Below are positions 49,401 through 61,200 of a stretch of DNA of 64,000 nt, in pieces. This stretch comes from Phaeosaccion multiseriatum (Eukaryota > Protista > Ochrophyta, other classes), in assembly GCA_965112735.1 (NCBI GenBank), contig OZ218957.1, positions 3,286,001 through 3,350,000 on the forward strand, given 5' to 3'. Both the position numbers and the translations under genes were made by a program. Below the pieces are notes generated by a model. That model saw nothing but the letters and a program-made list of their open reading frames with translations. It was not told the origin of the DNA and ran no database searches. The number at the start of each line of letters is the position of its first letter. Within the stretch, counting starts at the first letter, position 1.

Positions 49401-51178
49401 CCTCCTCCCCGCCCCGGCCGTGCCTCCCGATCGCTAACACCAATACTCCCGCAGGTGAGTATTCGCCTCCTCCGCCTCATACTATGCCCATGCCCCTTTC
49501 CACCACCAACCCCTGCGTTGGAGCGAGTACTATTGTCGTACAGGGGCACCGATAAGTCATAACACGCCTCTCTCTGCTCGCTGCTCTTTCCGCACTGGTT
49601 GCATGTGACCCGACTCAGTAGGACTCCCTGGAAGGCGTCTGAGACGGCCGATTGGAGGTAGGGAGCAAGCGGTCGCCTCAACCCCCCGCTAAGCACGTCT
49701 CCCGATCGGTAATAATTGTCTCCCTTCTCGTCCACATTCTTTCTCTTCTTGTTGCTGTTGCTGTCCTCCTTCTCCCCCTCCCCCTCCTGCTCCTCCTCCT
49801 CCCCCTCCTCCTCCTCCCCCATCACCTGCACGGCGGAGGAGGCACAGACGGGATGCACAGGCTGCTGAAGCTCGTCCTGCACAGCGTCTAATATGCAGCG
49901 CAAGGCTTCGTGGGCATCGTGCTGCTCAAAGCCGCGGAAGTGGGGGTTGCGCGCCTCTAGAGCCGTCAACACTGCCCTCACACCCCCTCCCCCTCCCCAT
50001 GCCCCTCCTCCTCCTCCTCCTCCTCCCGCCCCAAGGGCGTTGCCATTTCCCTGACTCCCGCCAGCGCCGCTACTCCTTCCCCGCCCTCCTCCTCCTCCTC
50101 CTCCTCCTCCTCCTCCTCTATCCCGCCGCCGCATCGCCGCCACCATCCCTGCTCTCCTCTCCTCCTCGCTGTCCTCTGCGAGACTGCGAATGAGACCTGC
50201 CAATGCTAGACTCATGGAATGCGGTCTCCGCGTGAAGTGCGTGAGAGGAGGGGTGGCAGGAGGAGCCGCAGGGGGAGAGGAAGGGGCTTGAGGTGCCTGT
50301 TGGGGCATATGGGTGGGTGGAGGTGCCCCCGAGGGGGCTGTGGAAGAGGAGGGTAACTTTGATGGGGTTTCCTGCTCGCCTTTTTCATCTGACACCCGTT
50401 GCCGCCCCCGCCCCTCTCCCTCTCCCTTCCCCGCCCCCTCCTCCTCCTCCTCCTCCTCCTCCTCCTCCTTCTCCTCCTCCTCCTCCTCCTCCTCCTCCTC
50501 CTCCTCCCCCGCCCCCTCCTCCTCCTCCTCCTCCTGCTCCTGCTGCTGCTGCTGCTGCTCCGGTATCACCAACTGCTTGTTCGAGGGCTTCATGGGGTCC
50601 AGCGTCTCAGGTCGGTCGCCAAGAAAGATGTTGTGCCTGAGGTGCAGGGACAAGGGTCGGCATCTCAGCAGCACCTGAAGGGTGGAGTTGAGATAACAAG
50701 TATTGCCTAGGTTCGGCAGGCCCTGATACTTCTGCCCATGCTCTTGGTCAAGCAGCAGCGGCAGCAGCTCCGTCGCCAGAGGAGGAGGGGGCGGTAAGAG
50801 CCCGGCAGGGTGCGTGGAGGCCGAAAGCCCACGCGAGGCGGGTGAAAATCTCGCCTCTCTGCTCGCTGCTGCTCCTCCCTTGGCTGCTGTATTACCAACT
50901 GCTGCCACTGCTGCTACTGCCGCTGGTGGTGGTGCCGCTCCTGGTGAGGCTGCTGTATCGCCAGCTGCTGCTGCTGCTGCTGCTGCTGGTTGTGGTGGTG
51001 GTGGTAGTGATGGTGACGCTGATGGGGCTGGTGGTGAAGGGCTTTGAGGCTGCAACTCTCCTGGCCTCGACTCTACGGGCTCTGTCCTTCTTTCTATAGG
51101 TGCAGATGTTGCAGGCGAACTCTCTGCATTCGAGAGCACGCTGATGGGTAGGGAAGCATGGGAATCCACGACTTCCAT
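46459..51178 (-). CDS. Ubiquitin-specific protease, USP20/USP33-like (USP domain + two C-terminal DUSP domains), 2 exons
   Basis: Cys box GLPNLGNTCYLNSTLQVL, QHDAHEAL, CNQC..C zinc ribbon, PEVLCIHIKRF and His box YDLIGLVEHSGNLSQGHYTAC..WVYFND are present. DUSP motifs FISTAWLSKW..PGPVCN and PPGPITNGDL..YGGGP follow. The intron spans 48545-48749. Confidence 0.93.
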
Positions 51179-51934
51179 CCCCTCTATGCGCTTGCTGGTC
51201 AGCGCGCTGTGTCACCCCCTCCTTCCTCCCCTCCAGCCAGAGCGCCGTCTTCTCTCCTGCTCTCGTATCGTACACCTGTGAGGGCGAGGAGCAGGCAAAG
51301 CAGAAAGCAGACCGAAGTGGGCAGGAGGTGTTTGTGCACAGGTCCGTGGGTGCTTAGCGACACATATGCCACGCCATGCTGTGCTATGCTGCCCCTCCTT
51401 CCTCCATTCTCTCACTTGGCTCAGTCCTTAACCTTCCTTCGACTCGCTTGCTTCTCTTTTCGAATGACCAAGACTGTCCGTCACACCCTCTCTTCAATTT
51501 CATCGTCCTTCCTCCCACTCCCACACTCTTATCTCTTTCCTCTCCTACCTAGTCAGTTGTGATGCCAGAGAGGGAGGAGAAAGGGCCCAAAGTATGGCAG
51601 TGGAAGCTGCCGCAAGTAGCGAAACAGCAGCACCAGCCCTGGTGGGGGAAAAAAGGTCAGAGGCGAGCGCTGCTACAAGGTCGCCGCCTTTCTGATAAGA
51701 GAAAAGTGCTGCGCTTGCCTCTCTGCAGAGAGAAGGCAGTGGGGAGTGGGGAGCGTAAAGTTTGAGTTTCAGTGCAGTGTTTAGGACGCTCTCGACAGAG
51801 AGGGAAGGGCGACCCAGCTTAAAAAGTAGAGCACCAGCACCAGCAGCATCGCAAGAGGAAGCCTCCTGAAGTCTGGAGGGAGGAGCTCCCGTCCTTAGAA
51901 GCAGGCTCTGAAAGAGCGGCGCGCGCTGGGAGAG

Positions 51935-52632
51935 ATGGGGAGGAAGACAGCGAGGGCAGCTGCAGCTGTGCTTTGCTGCTGGGCTGCGGGAGCCAGAGCT
52001 GCAGCAGAAGGAGGCAATGATGCGACTGCCGCTGCTGCAACAGCTAGCGTTGGTACGGGAGGAAAGAAGACCAGATACAACGCTGTCGACCTTCCCGCGG
52101 AGTGCCACCGGCCGTTCCCCGGTTTTCTTTGGGGCAGCAGCTCTGGTGGATTGATTTCTGAAGCCTTGGCAGCGCGCCCAGAGCGTGGTTGGGACTCCAT
52201 CTTCGGACTCGGGCAGGCAAAGGACAACCAGCAGGTCGTGGAGGTGTTGGTTGAGGCATCAGGGGCCGCGAAGGAGGGTAAGAAGGCGAAGGCGGTCGAG
52301 GCTGTGCTCCTCGTGCTTTCTCAGGTACGAAGGAAAGGAATAGTGGCAAGGGTGGATGGTGCATCCAAGGGTGGGGAAAGCAGCAGGAGAGGAGGTGTCG
52401 CCGACAATTGGAGATGTGCAGGTCTCCTAAGCTGTTGATTCGGTCAAAAGATCTGTTCGGCTCCCTCCACCCCGCACAAGCATCCGCTTCCTTCCTTCCT
52501 TGCATGAATGAATCACGCCGCATGTGCGCTACCCAACTTGTCTGCTGTTACATGTATCTCTGTCCCTCCTTAGGGTGAGGGCTTCTCTACTTCATCTGTG
52601 AGTGAGGCCGTCGCTGGACGACAAGCAGCAGC

Positions 52633-52665
<33 letters not shown>

Positions 52666-53502
52666 GAACCAACAACAACAGCCCTCCGCAATGCACTGCC
52701 AGAGCTCTCATGCTGTGCTTCCGTACGTGTACCCTGCCGCTCAAGCCCCGGCAGAGCATCTACAGGCCGCCGCTGCCCAGGGGGGCGGCTCGTATCGCGA
52801 GCACTCTGCGCAGGAGGTGCTGGAGCTGCTGACAGGGGAGGAAGGGAGGGAGCTGCTCAGCGATGGAAGAGTTGACTTTATTGTCGCAAGGTGAGGGAGG
52901 GTGTGAGTGAGGGCGAATGTGCGGGAGCTGTGTGTGTATACCTCTGGCTCTGGTCTTTGTCGCCTCTGTCGAAGCTGTGGCCTCCGTCCTTCACTCACTG
53001 CTCTTCTTCTGCCCACCCCTCCTGTTGCTTTCTTCACCAACCCACCCACCCACCCACCTCCAGGCTCCCTCGAGACTCGCCCTTCACCGAGTCGGACAGG
53101 CTTGTGCAGGCCCTACATACGGCCCTCCAAGGCGCCAGCAACAGTCCTGCAAGGGAGGGAGAGGGAGGGGAGGAGGAGGAGGAGGAGGAGGAGGCAAGCC
53201 TTGTGGAGCCAAGTAGCAGAGAGGGAAGAAGCTTTGTAGTGGCGTGGACGGGGGACTACAGCCACTCCGAGTGCGGGCGACGACAGCTCAGGGAAGAGAA
53301 CCACACCGCGCGACGGCGGCTCCAGGACGTGTCTCGGTCCGCCCGTACCATCAAGAGTACGCCGGACATCCTCACGGGCATACTCCTGTTGGTGCTCTTC
53401 CTCTTCATCGGACTCACAGGCCTCAACTGTCTGGGGGAAATCTCCTATCCCACCACCTTTGTCGCCACCGGTAAGGGCCCCGCTGTCGGAAAGGAGTATT
53501 GA
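51935..53502 (+). CDS. V-ATPase accessory subunit Ac45/VOA1 (ATP6AP1)-like type I membrane protein, 3 exons
   Basis: Signal peptide MGRKTARAAAAVLCCWAAGARA. The C-terminal TPDILTGILLLVLFLFIGLTGLNCLGEISYPTTF..GKEY resembles the Ac45-VOA1 TM domain. Introns are at about 52326-52573 and 52891-53063. Confidence 0.7.
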
Positions 53503-53948
53503 GCACTGGGGAGATACGGTGTTGGTTTGGTTTAAGGGGGGAGGGGAGAAGGGAGGAGGAGGGAAGGAGGGGGACTGTACCAGACACTGTTGGGAAGGAG
53601 GGTAACTGTACCAGACGCTATTGAGTCCACCGCCGAACCGAACCCCCATACCCCGGCCGCCGGAGTTTTTGAACCCCCAATAGCGGGGGACTACGAGGCC
53701 GATTGGTCTGACTTGCGGCCTCGTCGCCGTATGGCACCCCACGGCTTCACTCCATAGTGTAATAAATAGTACGATGCTTGTTAGCATGTTAGAAGTATTG
53801 AATTAGGGCACCGCGTACATTGTTTGGGGGCGGTACAAAAACCCACACTCCCCCCTGTGGGATTCCTCGGCAACAGGCAAGCAACATGCTTGAGAGAGAG
53901 AGAGAGAGAGAAGAACGGAGGAATCACTCGGAGAGGAATGACGTTTCA

Positions 53949-55945
53949 TCACTTGACGTCACAAGTGTCGGGCACGCCGAACCTCCCGCTGGTGCCCAAG
54001 TGCCGCTGCACCACACCGCCCGATTGCTCCGCCTCGAGGATGACGTCGAATCTGTTGTTGGGCAACACTGAACTCTTGTTGCCCCCAACAGACGTGTAGA
54101 AAGGCTTGGAGGGGAACTTGCCCAGCGTGGTTTGGCTCAGTGGCTTGGTGAGCTCCTGCTGGTCGTGCGGCACCCCCCTCACCAGGAAAGGGTTCCTCCA
54201 GCTCTCCATGTACTCGCTCCCCTCGGCTACCCCTCTCTTGTACGCAGGGAGGGGCACCTTATTGCCTGCGTTGAACTCTCTCGGACCCACCTGTGCCATT
54301 TGTGTGATGTGGTGACGTTGGTGATGTTGTGATTGCAAGCACAGTAGGGCGTTCAGAGCAGAGCGGAGCAGCGCACAGCAGAGCAAACGAGACCAGAGCT
54401 GATCTGAACATAAGAGGGGTGTCCAAGTGCGAAGACCAAGGTCAGCCCTCCCCTCCCCTCCTCACCATCTTTAGCCTGTGGAGAGCCTTCTCCTGGTCCT
54501 GCCGAGCCTTGTCCTGCGCGTACGGTGTCTGTGCCTGCACCGAGCGCCTCGACTCAGGTAGGATGGCCTTGCTCCTCTGAGTGCCGTTCATGTCCTTCTC
54601 AAGGCCGCGTTTGGTGTAGCCTCTGGTGCGCAGCAGCTCCTTAACGTTCGCTGTGATGTGCATCTCCACAGGGAGACCGGAGATGGTGGGGAGCTGGTCC
54701 TGTGTGTTTAGTACGTAGGCAAGACGGAGAAAGAGAGAGGCGGGGAGAGGAGGGTGGGGGAGAGGAGAGGAGGCAGAGAAGGGAAGAGGAGAGGAGTGGG
54801 GTATGACCTCGTTAGCGGGAGAGATGCCGGATGCCGAGGTTGGATGATGGATGCACACACGTGCAATCCAAGAGGGGAAGCGAGTGAGTTTTTCCTTTCT
54901 TCCTTACCTGGGCGTAGGGCGAGTTGAAGACTCCTGCTGATGAGGCCGTGCTGAGAAGATGGTGCAAGTTTCTTGTCACCTTCTTGACTCCATTGAGGAA
55001 CTCCTGTTGAGTGAGTCAGTGGCATGGGGCACATGAATGGCAACAAGTTCACATAGCAAGTCAGTGACTGATCACAGCACGCTCAAGTAGTGCGTGTGAG
55101 TGATGTCCCCATCTGTCCGTTATGTCCCCATCCCTGAGTGATGCCCGGGGAGGGGGGAGAGTGTGTGCAATCATTCCACAAAGGTATGACATCCTATCCC
55201 TCACCTCCTGCTGGGTCTTTGCCTGCTGCTCCTGTAGCTCCATGTTGTATTGCCGCAGAGTGTCGCGCATGTTATTACCGACGTCAGCGATGCCCCGTAG
55301 ATACATTTGCCGCTTGCGGTGATCGTAGTTGTACTTGCGACTGATATATCCGTGGTACGCGCATTGGATCACCAAAGCCTGAAAAGAAGAGAAGGCGAAG
55401 ACAGACCACGCGAGGACATGGGTGGGGGCAAGAGAATATGCGGTCAGAGAGGAGAGAAGCACGCCGTCTCTCTATGTACGTGTGCGTGAATGTTGGTGTG
55501 TGTGTCTAGTCCCCCCCCCTCTGGACCGTTCTACTCGCCCCCTCCGTCCAAAGCGCTGCTGAAGGAGCGAACGAGTCCTCTGCGCATGGGAACTCAAGCT
55601 CTGCTATGCTATCAACTCTTGCTCTCTCTCACCCATCCTCCTCTCATCAACGCAAAGACGTACATGGTAGTGATAGATCGCCAAGTTCTCCTTCTCTCGT
55701 CGCCCCTGCTGCACTTCCGACGCCTTGCCTCTCCCTCTCCATCCGCGGAAGCTGCGCTGTATCTCTACGCACGCCGCCCGCTTGTGGCCCACCTCCTCGC
55801 GAACCTGTTTCCCTCTGTATATACGCTGCACACAAGTGCAAGCGCCAAGCTCGGCCTCCCGCCTGGCCTCTTGCTCTTCTCTCCGCCGAGTCAGCTCCTC
55901 GTGAATCTCACTCCGTCCCTCCCATATCGCCATAAAGTCTGTCAT
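53949..55945 (-). CDS. SPATA17: IQ-motif protein, SPATA17-like, 5 exons
   Basis: Three IQ motifs (VQRIYRGKQVR, IQRSFRGWRGR, IQCAYHGYISRK) followed by YDHRKRQMYL and LHHLLSTASSAGVFNSPY, a pattern typical of SPATA17. Confidence 0.78.
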
Positions 55946-56348
55946 CTCTGACGAGCTGCTGGGCTGGTGCGGTCCTCCTACTCCTCCGCCAGGAAAGCGA
56001 GGACGCTTTCCCTCCTATCGTGCCAAGGGCCAACACCCCCTTCCTCTCCCACAGCTTTCTTGCTCCTGTTCGAACGAAGCAAGCGCCAGTGATGGAGGTG
56101 GTGCGGGTCAGGTGGGAGGCATACTTCGAGTCGGTGACGAGCGCCTCGTGCAGGAGCTGGCCTCGGGTGTGTGTTATCCGTAGCCCAACCTCTCCGAGTC
56201 TCGCAATTCTACGGTTTCGAGGGACTCCGCGCCAGCGTGTTCAATTTTTCCGCCAGTTGACGTGCTAAAGAGGATTATCTAAAGAGGCATATATATTACG
56301 CTAAAGAGGCCACAAGAACAAGCAAGAACAAGCAAGCAGTAGGTAACC

Positions 56349-57093
56349 ATGTTCGCCACTCCTCGGGGACCGAGTACTCCTACTCGCATGGTCACTACCC
56401 CGCCACGTGCCCCTGCAGAGACAAGAGTTTGGCCCACGGGAGCAGAGGGAAGTTATGGCATGCACATGGCGGTGGACTCTTTGCTCCCGTCAGATGATGA
56501 CATCCAGGCAGATTATGAGGAGGTGGAGGCTGTCAGAGCAGCCATGGATCTATGTGAGTCGCTGGGGGGCCCTGGCGGAGAGGGCGAAGGCAACGAGGTC
56601 AGCGCCTTCGATGACGAGGAGCTGTGCAGCAGATGCGTGGAGGTGGTGGGACCCAAGGCACACGTGACCTTTGCTTGCTCCTCCATCAATCGCATGCTCT
56701 GCCTCCACGTCAAGAACTTGGGAAAGTTTATGAGTTTTGAGGTGGAGGTTGTCGACGACATGAAGCGGTATAGGCAAATCAGCCTGTCGAACCACCGGAG
56801 CGTGGCCACAGTCGACAAGGACCGAGCCACGCTTCCTCTGCGCCTGGGAGAGGGCTGGCAGTACGTCAACATAGATCTTGAGGAGGTGACCAAATTGGTA
56901 CGTTGGGTGGATAGGACAATGGTGATAAATTGTGGAGTGGTGGGGTGGTGTTGGAGCGACAGGAGGATCATGGTTTGATGGGTCGCTTGCTCGAGCCGTT
57001 CATTGTAGAAAAACCATGGCAGAGCTGAACACGTCTCCTCCTCCTCCTCCTCCTCTTCCTCCTCCTCCTCACGTTCATGCTTCTCCTTCCTCC

Positions 57094-57125
<32 letters not shown>

Positions 57126-57274
57126 TACCCCCGTGCACGCAGGCGTGGGGCAGTCAGTACCTCACAGCATGCGCGGTGCGTATCAACGGAAGCTGTAGAG
57201 TAAGCAAGCTCTTCCTCCAAGAGATCCCCTTCAGCGACGCAGAGCTTCCCAAGCACCTCCGAGTATTGGCATGA
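56349..57274 (+). CDS. CFAP20/BUG22 (DUF667)-domain protein, divergent paralog, 2 exons
   Basis: LCLHVKNLGKFMSFEVEVVDD..RQISLSN..ATLPLRLGEGWQYVNIDLEEVTKL|AWGSQY..VRINGSCRVSKLFLQE..SDAELP. The intron spans about 56899-57142. Confidence 0.85.
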
Positions 57275-57991
57275 AGATTGCACACCCAACCAAACCACTG
57301 TACATAAATATATTGTTGCAGCAAATGATGGAAAGGAGCCGGCATGGGCCATGGGTGGAGATCGTCCACACCAAGCCAAAGGCCTGTTACTCCTTCACAC
57401 ACCTCTCAGCTGTCGTTTCCAAACAGCGGGCCTGGCTCCTGCCTCACGTGCCCCTCTCTCTGCTCCTGTGTGAGTGTGTAGCAGCGCTGCAGACCACACC
57501 GACCGTGTCCCAACAGCCATTGGGGCATGCGTACGGGCGTGTGTGCGAGCGTGCGTGCCAGTGGTCCATCAGACCGGCCCATATGCCCGTATGTTTTGCA
57601 CGTGGTGCACTGCACTCCTCTGCTCGCTGCTACTCCTGCTGCCGCTGCTGCTGCTGGTGCTGCTGCGGCTTCTTGTGGACAAGGGTCAAGCTCTCGCTCA
57701 CTCTCTCGCCCTCTCATTCGGTTCAGATGTGCCAACGCTATGCGGAAGGATGCGAGGCGGCGGCGGCCATGTGGCACAGAGCGCGTCAAGCAGTGTCAAG
57801 CAGTGTCAAGCAGTGTCAAGCAGTGTCAAGCTTGTTGGTGAGGGAGAAGCGCGCAGCTCAAGTCGGAGCTCACCACACCTTCTCGACGTAACCCTCTCCC
57901 TCTCCTCCGTCTCCTTCTCACGGAGCCTGTCTGTGTGCTAACGCTCCATGGACTCACAGCACCCCGACCGTAGTAAGACTCCCCCATCCAT

Positions 57992-58240
57992 GAGCATGAT
58001 GGTTTCGAATGTCCACTCTCTCTCCCCGAGCATGATGGTTTCGAATGTCCACTCTCTCTCCCCGAGCATGATGGTTTCGAATGTCCACTCTCTCTCCCCG
58101 AGCATGATGGTTTCGAATGTCCACTCTCTCTCCCCGAGCATGATGGTTTCGAATGTCCACTCTCTCTCCCCGAGCATGATGGTTTCGAATGTCCACTCTC
58201 TCTCCCCGAGCATGATGGTTTCGAATGTCCACTCTCTCTC
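57992..58240 (+). repeat. 36-bp minisatellite x7 (GAGCATGATGGTTTCGAATGTCCACTCTCTCTCCCC)
   Basis: Units start at 57992, 58028, 58064, 58100, 58136, 58172 and 58208, with no spacers. Confidence 0.95.
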
Positions 58241-58253
58241 TCTCTCCCCTCTC

Positions 58254-61200
58254 TCATCGCGGCAAGGGCTCCCAGCTGAGTGTGGGCTCTGATGGAGGAG
58301 AGGGTGGTACGACCCCCCCCTTCCCCTTCCCGTCCCCCTTCCCATTCTGCTGCTGCTGATGCTGCTGCTGATGCTGCTGCTGACTTAAGGGCCTTCCGCC
58401 TCCGTCTCTGGTCCTTGAAGCAGGGTCTGTCAAGGCGGACTTCACGACGCTCCTCTTTGAAGCAGGTGCTGCCTCTCCTTTTCCTCCCCTCCTCCCTCCT
58501 TCGATGATGTTCGGCCGTGGGGGAATGAGGCCACGCACACCTTCGTCGAGCATCATGGTTTCCACGAGGGCATTGTCGAACATGTCCCGCCAGAGCGGTG
58601 GTGGAGGGGCATTGAACACGAGGGGCACCTGCAAAGGACGAAAAAGTAGGCGGAAAGACAGAGAAGGCACCAAACGTAACGAAGTAACGACAAGTCGCGC
58701 GGCGGTGGTGTGAGGTCGGGGGTGCGGAATGTGTGCGTGATTGGTGCTGGATTGAAGGGGGGAGAAGGGGGAGCGATAACAGCAAGCTACAAGAACACAA
58801 GACCAGACAAAAGAGGAAGGCAAGCTACGGCCCTCCTGCCCTTGCTCTCACTATCGGCATAGCTACCCCCTTACCCTGTCCTTACCCTGTCCTTACCCTG
58901 TCCTTACCCTGTCCTTACCCTGTCCTTACCCTGTCCTTACCCTGTCCTTACCCTGTCCTTACCCTGTCCTTACCCTGTCCTTACCCTGTCCTTACCCCGT
59001 CCTTACCCTGTCCTTACCCTGTCCTTACCCTGTCCTTACCCTGTCCTTACCCTGTCCTTACCCTGTCCTTACCCTGTCCTTACCCTGTCCTTACCCTGTC
59101 CTTACCCTGTCCTTACCCTGTCCTTACCCTGTCCTTACCCTGTCCTTACCCTGTCCTTACCCTGTCCTTACCCCGTCCTTACCCTGTCCTTACCCTGTCC
59201 TTACCCTGTCCCTACCCTGTCCTTACTTTGTCCTTAACCTGTCCTTACCCTGTCCTTACCCTGTTGATGGGATGGGGGATGGTGAGGGCCCGGGCGTGGA
59301 GGGCGATGCTCTTGTCAGGGAAGCGGCCAGGGGCGCCGTACTTGGCATCACCCACCACGGGATGCCCAATGTGGGCCAGTTGTGCTCGAATTTGATGCTT
59401 TCTATTGGGGTACGAGATGGCAGCAGAGGGGACAGAGGGGGGGGGGGTTGGGAGGCTCAATGTACCGTGGGGTGGGTCTATGGGCCCTACTCATCAAGGC
59501 AAGTGCCAGTTGGTGCAGACTGGTCTCTCTCCCCACGTAGCAATCGATACCCACCCCACGCCCGCCCGCCTACACCACCCACACACACACGCACGCACTC
59601 ACGCACGCACACGCACGCACCCACTCACGCCCACCCACGCACCCCCCAACCCACCTGCCAGTGTAGACCCTAACCCGTACGAGAGTCTGCACCCTGTCCC
59701 TATGCCTGTGTGTGTAGATGGCAGCATAATCCAGCACGGCCTTCTTGGCGGTCTTGCCCACCTCCCTGAGCGTCTCCGCCATCGTCTTGCCCTCCCTCAC
59801 TTGCACCACATGACTGCGGTTCTTGCTCTGCCGCGGCTGCAGGATGTGCTGTAGAGTGCCTTCCCCGTCCAGGTCTCCTTCCACCACTGCATAGTACACC
59901 TTCATTGTTCAACGTCATTTGCCATTTGTCAGTCCTAATCCTCCTCCTCCTCCTCCTCCTCCTTTTCGCCCTCACCCCCCCCCCCAACATGCACCCGTAC
60001 GTACATCCTGCCCGATTCGATGGTCTGCTCTAACAATGCGGCAGGTAGACAGATAACTCTTACCTTGTGCACATTCTCCCTTTCTCGAAACGTTTTGGAG
60101 AGTCTCTGGGCGGCCTTGGTGGTCCGCGCAAAGCACACCACTCCCGATACAGGCCTGTCCAGGCGGTGGACGTTGGCGATGAAGGAGCGAGCCTCGCCTT
60201 TGTAACGCCTGGGGAGGGCAGGGAGGGGAGAGGGGGGGGGAGAGGGAGGGAGGGAGGGAGGGAGGGAGGGAGACCTGAAACTGTAAGTTTGTTAACCAGA
60301 CAAGGGTCACACAGAAGAGAATACACCGAGAGAGGGGGGGGGGGGAAGGAAGAAAACAACTCGAAATCACTCCCATGGAATTGGACATATAGCTCTGCAT
60401 TAGCGAGGAGTTGCCCGTCCGCTCACTCCCGTCACCCACCGCTTCATGTAATCAGTGGCCAGGTCAGCGAGGCAGCTGTCGCCCGTCTGGTCAGGCTGGG
60501 AGAGCATTCCCGGGGGCTTGCACACCGCAAAGACCTGCGAGCGAGTTGGCGGCGAAGAAGAGTTCAATTGAAGCACATGTGTAGAGGAGAAGAAGGGCAG
60601 CGCCTTGGGGCTAGTTCAGATCAGAAGTGGCAAGACTTGCTAGTGGAGAGGGGGGGGAGGGGAGGTGAAGGCGCTCGGCAGAGGCGCTCTGGAGGGGAGT
60701 GGATTCACCCCTACCAAGCATGTGTCTTTACACCCAAGCAAGCGCACAAACTCTTCTCACTCCTCACTTACATGGTTGTCCAAGAAGAGGATGTCCTCGT
60801 CGCGTAGGTGTACGGACAGGGCCTTGAGCATCTTGGGCCGCTTCTCTCCCTCCACCACGATCTTCTTGGTTTCTGTGCGACCGTAACCCCCTCCCCGACC
60901 TCTTGTTTTCCCTGGCCCTTCTCTCCTTCCACCTTGTCCCGTGGTCTCCCCTTGTTCTCGGGCGCGAATGCTAAATTCCTCTCGTGGGTCTGCAACAGCA
61001 TTCAGCTGAGCATCTGAAGCCCCATTCGCAGCTTCGACATGAGTAGCAGCAGGTGCAGCTGCAGGAGGAGGTGGAGCGAGGAGAGAGCTGGTGCCACTGT
61101 ACGTCCTGGGGCTGTCCCCCGCTCCGCAGGCCGATTGCCGCTGTCGAAGGAGACTCCTGTTTGGAAAAGCAGAGGTGGCTCCTGGGCCAGTCCACACCGA

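Larger units (their letters stand above)
6404..50964. repeat. Dispersed short repeat family GCAG-TTGGTGATA-CAGC (19 exact cores + variants)
   Basis: Exact TTGGTGATA/TATCACCAA cores start at 6408, 6881, 10857, 11073, 11123, 13202, 17913, 22878, 23513, 23528, 27792, 27957, 28164, 45021, 46701, 47088, 47835, 49022 and 50564. Confidence 0.9.

Noticed and set aside
57560-57625. Zinc-knuckle-like CTTCKTYGH on the minus strand
   Set aside because: It lacks the final Cys, and there is no gag/pol or supporting gene structure nearby.
57992-58240. 36-bp repeats of CRISPR-like length
   Set aside because: The units are head-to-tail with no unique spacers, there are no cas genes, and the context is eukaryotic.
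58869-59264. Possible interstitial telomeric repeat (GGGTAA-containing)
   Set aside because: The unit is 11 bp rather than TTAGGG/TTTAGGG and is fully explained as a copy of the adjacent splice junction.
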